Notes under the pieces: generated by a model
What the model was told of the DNA's origin: nothing
Database searches by the model: none
What the model saw: only the letters and a program-made list of their open reading frames with translations
Virus record (IMG/VR): IMGVR_UViG_3300022555_000035
Length of the DNA: 64,000 nucleotides
Source: an uncultured virus (IMG/VR IMGVR_UViG_3300022555_000035)
Lineage: Duplodnaviria > Heunggongvirae > Uroviricota > Caudoviricetes
Reading direction: 5' to 3' (one strand)
Program-made: the position numbers and the translations under genes
Part shown: in pieces, positions 59,201 through 64,000 of the stretch
Numbering within the stretch: position 1 is the first letter of the stretch
How the letters are laid out: each line of letters opens with the position of its first letter

Positions 59201-62200
59201 ACCGGTACACGTGCTGCATTACCTGCAGAAACATATGCTTTAAAAGATATCAAAGCATTAGCTGCACAAGTTAAAGGATCTGCTGCTCTTACTGAAAGCG
59301 GTGTAGCTACAGGAGCAGTTTCTGCGGACATGCTATCTAGTCTGCAAAAATCTATACTAGCAGACAATGCTAATATGATTATTTCTCAACTTGGTAAGCA
59401 AACACTGGACTTCAAGAAAATGGTTACTAAATTAGGTAAGATGGAGACCAATATTTCTCCCGCAGCACAGCAGAATCTGATTGCTTCTATGGCAACAGTA
59501 CAGCAAGCTGCTAAATATCAACAACGTATGGAAAAATATTTGGGCGGCCCTGTAGCGCAAGCAAATCCGGCAATTACTGATGATGTCAGAAGTAAAATGG
59601 AAACACGTGCCGCTACGATGATGCATCTGGCGTTCCGTCAGTTCCAGGATACGTTAACTACTGCATTATCTGGAGCAATGAAAACACCCTTCGCGGTAGA
59701 CGCACGTAAGCTACTGGATAATATGCCTTTAGTCAACGCAGGATTCCAACGTGAAAAAGGCGACATGGAACAATTCCAATCTAAACTGTACGCCAATGCG
59801 GTATATTCATTATTGGGTAGAAAAGAACGTACTACTCATCGAGTAGAAGACAGTGATATATTTCAGCAAGCTAGTCAGTTTACTATTGAAGCAAACAATA
59901 TGCAAGAACGTCTTTATGCAAAAGATGATATAGGTCAACGTGTTGCATTTGAAGACCAGCGAACTACTGCCACTTTCTATAAGAATGACAAAGCAACCAT
60001 AGGCGCTAAAGTAACTGAATTGGAAGCAATGGTACGAGATATCACTGCTAGCTTAGACGAATTAAAGGCTAAAGCAGTAGAATATGCTACTCCTCCTCCT
60101 GATTCAGAAGCTGCTTGGAATCCTAAAATAGTTGAAGCTAATAAAGCTGCTATTGGTAGAACTCAGGATTTATTGGCAGATGCTAAGGCCGAGGTAATGC
60201 AGGTTAAAACATTACTTGACCATCGTGTAGTAATGGATTCTCAACTACTAGCATTTAAGGAACTGGATGAGACAGGGCGTACAGGTATTATAAACCCTGC
60301 AGCTATGGAAAATGCAGTGCGTAATGAGAAATCTATACGTGATGCTATAGTAAGATTGACTAGTCAAATAAAGATTGCTCAAGAAGGTCTGAAAAGTGGC
60401 GTAAAGTATGCTATTAAAAAAGGTGTACCTGCCGATAGTGCAATTTTAGCCGACTATCAAGCAAAGGGTATAAGTACTCTTGATTCGGCTAATGAGCGAT
60501 TAAGTCTACTACATAAACAATACATAGAAGTATTGTCAGCTAAACAGGAAGCAACAGATGCCATACTCGGCGCTACACCTGAAGGCAAAGAGAAGATAGC
60601 CGTACGTGACCTGAAAGCTAAAAAAGAGCAAATTCTTCGCCAGACCCGAAAGGCGTCTCCAGGCGAACGGGCCGAATTGACTGCACAATTAGATAGCATC
60701 GATAAAGAGTTATCACAGTATGTTGATTCCATTGATGTACGGTTAGCTAGTATTAAAGAGTTGTTAAAGATACATCGTGCAATAGCTACTGGTACAGATG
60801 CTGATAAAGTATATGAAAAGTCTTTAATAGACACCAGGGAAGAACTGAAGCGTACACGTCGCGGAGCCCCTCCAGGCGGAGGCGCCTCTGATAGAGAAAA
60901 ACAAAGAGTTACTTTACAAGATATAGAAGCTGCTAAATTAGCTTATACTGCTGATTATACTCGTGCTGTTACTACTGGTGGTACTGCAGGAGAATTGCAG
61001 AGTATTGAAAAGGCTATATCTGATTTAGAATTAGCTAGAGTATTAGAAATCAAAAAATATACTGCACAACAAATGGAAGATCCAGGACTGATGCAGGCTC
61101 TTCAACGAGAAGCGAATGCTACAGCGATGGCAATGATTAAGAAATCAATGAATAATGCTCTAGCGTCTGCTCCTACAGCAAGTGTAGAATCTGTACGCTT
61201 AAATATGGAGCTTACAGCTCTTAATAAACGTACCAAAATGCCGTTAACAACTGAGCAATATCGTTCGGCGGAAAAGAAAGGGCTTGAACAAGAACGCCTA
61301 GGACTGTTACAAGATCTTGGTAAAGCTCCTGTAGATTCTGCTGAGTATAATAAGCTGGTCAAAGCTCTTAATACACTCGACACCGTTTTTGAAACAATGT
61401 TTGGTCTCTATAATAAGCGTATATCTACTGCACGTGCTTTAATAACAAATTTAGTTGCTAAAGGTGATATGGAGTCTCCTGCATATGCAGCAGCTATAAA
61501 ACAGTTAGAAGAGGCAAAGAAACAAGCATTTTATGGTAAAGGAAATGCTCCCGGAACCTATCAAGCAAAAGCAGCACAGGAAGATAAAATAGCAAGTTCT
61601 GTCGGATTAGTCAATGCACGTTTAATGCAGTACGTAAACATGGCTGCTACTTCTGATCCTAGCACTGCAGATAATAAACGTAGTTTACAAGATATTGAAG
61701 CAGGATTAAGTCATGCTATCTTTGATAAACTGAAACTCATAAGCAAGACACCTATGACACAGCGTGATACTGCGTGGGAAAGAAGTTTATGGATAGAAGC
61801 GGACGCTCAAGCGTATATGATGATAAAAAATACGCTGGAGAAAAAGCTCAGTAGCGTATATGCAGGAGAAAAACCTGAACAAACTAATAATATTCAAATA
61901 GCTTACGAAGCTTTAAGGTTACGTAAACCTGCACCTCTTGGTTCTGGTAGGCCATTAGATGCAAAGATAAACGATTTACAGAAGCAATCTCAGGCAGAAA
62001 TTACCAAGATAATGGGAGAATATTCTGCTGGACAGTTTACAGAGATGTATACTGCTATTAAGAATGCTCTTGCAAATCCACAGTCTGCTTTAGGTAGTCT
62101 ACAGGCACAGATAAATCAGGCAATGGGAATAAAAAATACCGCTGCAAATTCTCAGAAAATGATGATGGCTGGTCCTATACAGGCAATGAAAATGTCTGCT

Positions 62201-64000
62201 ACTACTGGGTTAAAAGATATCATGGACCAGGTAATGACTACTACTCCTAAAGGATCTGCTGGGTATCCTGCACTAATGCGACAAGCAGAAGCCTATAGAG
62301 ATACACTAACTAAAATTGCTAATATTAATAAAGAAGTATTCGGCGAGCATGCCACTGGTGCACAGGAGAAGACAAGAGGATTCTTCAGTTCTATGATTCG
62401 TGCAGCTACTGCTTTAGGAGCTGCTTGGTATATGATTAGTCGTATACAAGTAGCATTCCAAAGTCTTGTAATGCCGGGATTGACATATGCAAGATTAATT
62501 GAGACTACTAATGTAGGATTTGCTGCCATACTGATGTCAATGACTAAGTTGAATGGTCAGTCACTTACATGGGTTCAATCAATGAATATGGCCGCTGATT
62601 TATCTAAAGAAGTGACAGATAATGCTCTTCGTTTTGGACTAGATGCAATTGAACTACAAAAGCTCATTCAAGGTGTCGTAGGTGCAGGTCTCGGTTCTAA
62701 TATGTCACTCGAACAAATTATCAGATTATCTACAGTTGCAGCCTCTGCTATTAAGCAAATTGGATTACCTGATACACAGTTCATTCAAGAAGTTCGAGAT
62801 ATGATGCAGGGCGGTATTCAGATACAGAGTTCCGTTCTTGCTACGCAGTTAGGTTTGACTGACGCGATTGTCAATCAGGCCCGTGCATCTGGAACGGTAT
62901 TTGAAATGCTTATGGAACGGATGTCTGGTTTCGCTGCTGGACAATCTGCCGTATTTGATACTCTTGACGGAAAAGTAAACATGACTGTTGACGCTTTCAA
63001 ACGCCTTTCAGCTGAAGGCGTGGCTCCGTTGATTAATACGGCAAAGCCTGTGCTCGATTTCCTCTTGAAAGAAATGATTACAAACTTTGACGCTTTCAGA
63101 AAAGGTGCTTCTCCTGAATTCAATACTACTTTTATAACAAAAATGCAAGAGGCAATACGTACTTTTATAAAAGTATGTAGAGATGCTATTAATGTACTTG
63201 AAGTTCTATACAATGCTTTTAAAATAGTAAGTAAAGTATCAGATTGGTTACCTGGTTCTGGTACTTCTCAATTAGCAGCAGTACTTATTTACTGGTTCGG
63301 TATTAGGAAAATAATGGTAGCTCTTCCTGCAGCAGGTAAAGCAATTGTAGCAATGTATCAAGAAATTAAAGCGGCTGCATACGCTGCATCAATTGCACAA
63401 ACACTTGCTGGAGGAACTGCAACTACAGGTACTACTGCTGTTGCCGGTGCTGCTGTTGCCGGTGCTGCTTCTAGAGTAATATTAGGCTCCGCAGGCCAGG
63501 TAATAAGTACTGTAGCACCTGCAGCTGCCGCTGGTACTGGTATAGCAGGAGCACGTGCTCTTGTAGCCGGCGGAGGATTAGGTGCGGGCATATTAGCTGC
63601 TTTTGGCGGCGCTGCTGGTATTGCTAGTGTTGCTCTTCCAATAATATTAGCAGTAATTGCTACAGGCGCGATTGCATATTATTTAAGTAAGAGCGGTTAT
63701 GGTAGTGCTTTACCTACAGAAAAAGCTCCTTCTATAGCAAACTTTACTGCAATGCGTAAAAAGTATGATAGCCCTCTCGAAGGTGAAGATGCTGGAGAGA
63801 TTGGTAGTCTCTACGAAACCTATCAACGAGAGATAGTTCTTATTGATGACAAGCGTAAAGAACTGTTAGAGACGTTCCGCGTAGGTAATATTGATAAAGA
63901 AAAGCTCACCACCGAACTTACCGCCCTATATGAAAAAGAAGTTGCAATGGATATCGAGCGACAAAAAGTTGTTAAAGAGGCTCTCGAGAAGCAATTACTA
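56249..64000 (+). CDS. Very large tape measure protein (>2,580 aa, truncated by the window) with an embedded exonuclease domain
   Basis: ATG 56249 after AGGGGG; the same frame is open wherever read and at the window end; Ala-rich helical sequence; TMP-like core at ~62350-63100; TM-rich Gly/Ala region ~63250-63690. Confidence 0.85.
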   Translation, partial: MAKKGDKEIKVVLNADLNIKKVLAALPALSKAVESSTSGLSAELIKALNEGLGVIEQHSASILKKFRDDKQVGKASAIKAALPDFKNPADFLLNLKDMEPAIAQLKKLLSDAAYTDITPAVLNSAKQVASSKKKINDAANKEEVKATKAKVDEQLAAIKAAAAEAVANAPTLKVTLEIEAIKAKMDEAAIARDPKAYEALRKTYEQKKLQESQEIAKATKVESDRLLDIEKKAAVERQRVLDNINLEQRLAAQRRRKKQEDDDKEAARLALFKPGERLDEAFGMTVTPPSTLRRKELIGRVFTPEEKEELRKDAEERRKAMTEQQKIDDAQAAKDFAEEQALLEKRETLRINAALRRYSRTKTNQRIMRDTARKSTIADVYPIEELPTWDPEQPATKPMGATDNYIAHQQKYAITTAQSEAATLRLVTALEELKAAQQGVYSLDTETNKKKYLYDDPGVAPKVASDAWMTRSIQTAAPGVEGTMTDILHMTDRGKLSQKMATQLPMLQKLLNDPNLLLVGNNIAYDVYQMIQNGFQVQNKPLNLNTFSNIIRSEATAKPLDLQQLAERYAADEYKKGGAKAVVKDSGVSQTTNKGQKFLKPTTIDYGNWDAEAAVSIYAGMMKELRAELTTKYKNAGVNPADVDKVVDQVVKQLVDLGVRMSQTLVTNFYKESSKIGGANQADPRIKEKITRPAMMSFVNAPILAEQIKNNALPDAALAALTAQQRIAAARDLPAQAIKLAGGVIGTDSGLSPANLIKQLENQINIYMQAQKEGRQGNVTPTFLESFKHIQAQFSPGSLVGQIDRSSADPKKIIKQFQSLKLSASMVPNEMKLFEPTVEKISDKANAILKVIDELKSISVYMNAEKSTASRKGAASEYLQFTNRLENMKSTAMLINKLNTQFREMLLSGADYDSAAVQDVLAQIKKQTIPFDKQIAEAASITVPKTKNFPSLQQPYDNIIDRMFDMIRDARSINDVSLSTPKGWTGTRAALPAETYALKDIKALAAQVKGSAALTESGVATGAVSADMLSSLQKSILADNANMIISQLGKQTLDFKKMVTKLGKMETNISPAAQQNLIASMATVQQAAKYQQRMEKYLGGPVAQANPAITDDVRSKMETRAATMMHLAFRQFQDTLTTALSGAMKTPFAVDARKLLDNMPLVNAGFQREKGDMEQFQSKLYANAVYSLLGRKERTTHRVEDSDIFQQASQFTIEANNMQERLYAKDDIGQRVAFEDQRTTATFYKNDKATIGAKVTELEAMVRDITASLDELKAKAVEYATPPPDSEAAWNPKIVEANKAAIGRTQDLLADAKAEVMQVKTLLDHRVVMDSQLLAFKELDETGRTGIINPAAMENAVRNEKSIRDAIVRLTSQIKIAQEGLKSGVKYAIKKGVPADSAILADYQAKGISTLDSANERLSLLHKQYIEVLSAKQEATDAILGATPEGKEKIAVRDLKAKKEQILRQTRKASPGERAELTAQLDSIDKELSQYVDSIDVRLASIKELLKIHRAIATGTDADKVYEKSLIDTREELKRTRRGAPPGGGASDREKQRVTLQDIEAAKLAYTADYTRAVTTGGTAGELQSIEKAISDLELARVLEIKKYTAQQMEDPGLMQALQREANATAMAMIKKSMNNALASAPTASVESVRLNMELTALNKRTKMPLTTEQYRSAEKKGLEQERLGLLQDLGKAPVDSAEYNKLVKALNTLDTVFETMFGLYNKRISTARALITNLVAKGDMESPAYAAAIKQLEEAKKQAFYGKGNAPGTYQAKAAQEDKIASSVGLVNARLMQYVNMAATSDPSTADNKRSLQDIEAGLSHAIFDKLKLISKTPMTQRDTAWERSLWIEADAQAYMMIKNTLEKKLSSVYAGEKPEQTNNIQIAYEALRLRKPAPLGSGRPLDAKINDLQKQSQAEITKIMGEYSAGQFTEMYTAIKNALANPQSALGSLQAQINQAMGIKNTAANSQKMMMAGPIQAMKMSATTGLKDIMDQVMTTTPKGSAGYPALMRQAEAYRDTLTKIANINKEVFGEHATGAQEKTRGFFSSMIRAATALGAAWYMISRIQVAFQSLVMPGLTYARLIETTNVGFAAILMSMTKLNGQSLTWVQSMNMAADLSKEVTDNALRFGLDAIELQKLIQGVVGAGLGSNMSLEQIIRLSTVAASAIKQIGLPDTQFIQEVRDMMQGGIQIQSSVLATQLGLTDAIVNQARASGTVFEMLMERMSGFAAGQSAVFDTLDGKVNMTVDAFKRLSAEGVAPLINTAKPVLDFLLKEMITNFDAFRKGASPEFNTTFITKMQEAIRTFIKVCRDAINVLEVLYNAFKIVSKVSDWLPGSGTSQLAAVLIYWFGIRKIMVALPAAGKAIVAMYQEIKAAAYAASIAQTLAGGTATTGTTAVAGAAVAGAASRVILGSAGQVISTVAPAAAAGTGIAGARALVAGGGLGAGILAAFGGAAGIASVALPIILAVIATGAIAYYLSKSGYGSALPTEKAPSIANFTAMRKKYDSPLEGEDAGEIGSLYETYQREIVLIDDKRKELLETFRVGNIDKEKLTTELTALYEKEVAMDIERQKVVKEALEKQLL

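Noticed and set aside
56200..63591. Short minus-strand ORFs listed across 56-64 kb
   Set aside because: Antisense shadows of the long + strand tape measure ORF, which the track omits because it has no stop inside the window.

Overview
This window is most of the genome of a tailed dsDNA phage with siphovirus-like tail genes. No integrase, tRNA or CRISPR array is visible. Strong Shine-Dalgarno sites and sigmaA-type promoters, together with a spanin-like gene pair, suggest a diderm Firmicute (Negativicutes-like) host; this is inference. Layout: lysis module (1-3408, +); a long leftward arm (3531-45648, -); and a rightward packaging/head/tail operon (45968->64000, +) that ends inside a tape-measure gene of more than 2,580 codons, which is missing from the ORF track. 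The leftward arm carries thyX (intein), a PolA with an N-terminal UDG-like domain split by an intein and a group I intron, a 7-deazaguanine (preQ0) cluster (folE, queD, queE, queC, yhhQ and a TGT/DpdA-like barrel beside a nucleotide kinase and a MazG), a primase-MCM helicase fusion, recombination genes, and many small early genes. Most striking observations: (1) nine copies of a covarying hairpin element (ACAGNGARGAC-stem-GUGAGAGG-stem) sit between consecutive small early genes, and a family of Xis/AlpA-like HTH paralogues lies in and next to the array; (2) a PolA-type DEDDy 3'-5' exonuclease domain with intact catalytic motifs is embedded in the tape-measure protein; (3) the deazaguanine cluster layout hints at nucleotide-level guanine substitution. 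All family assignments come from motif recognition by eye, not from database searches.
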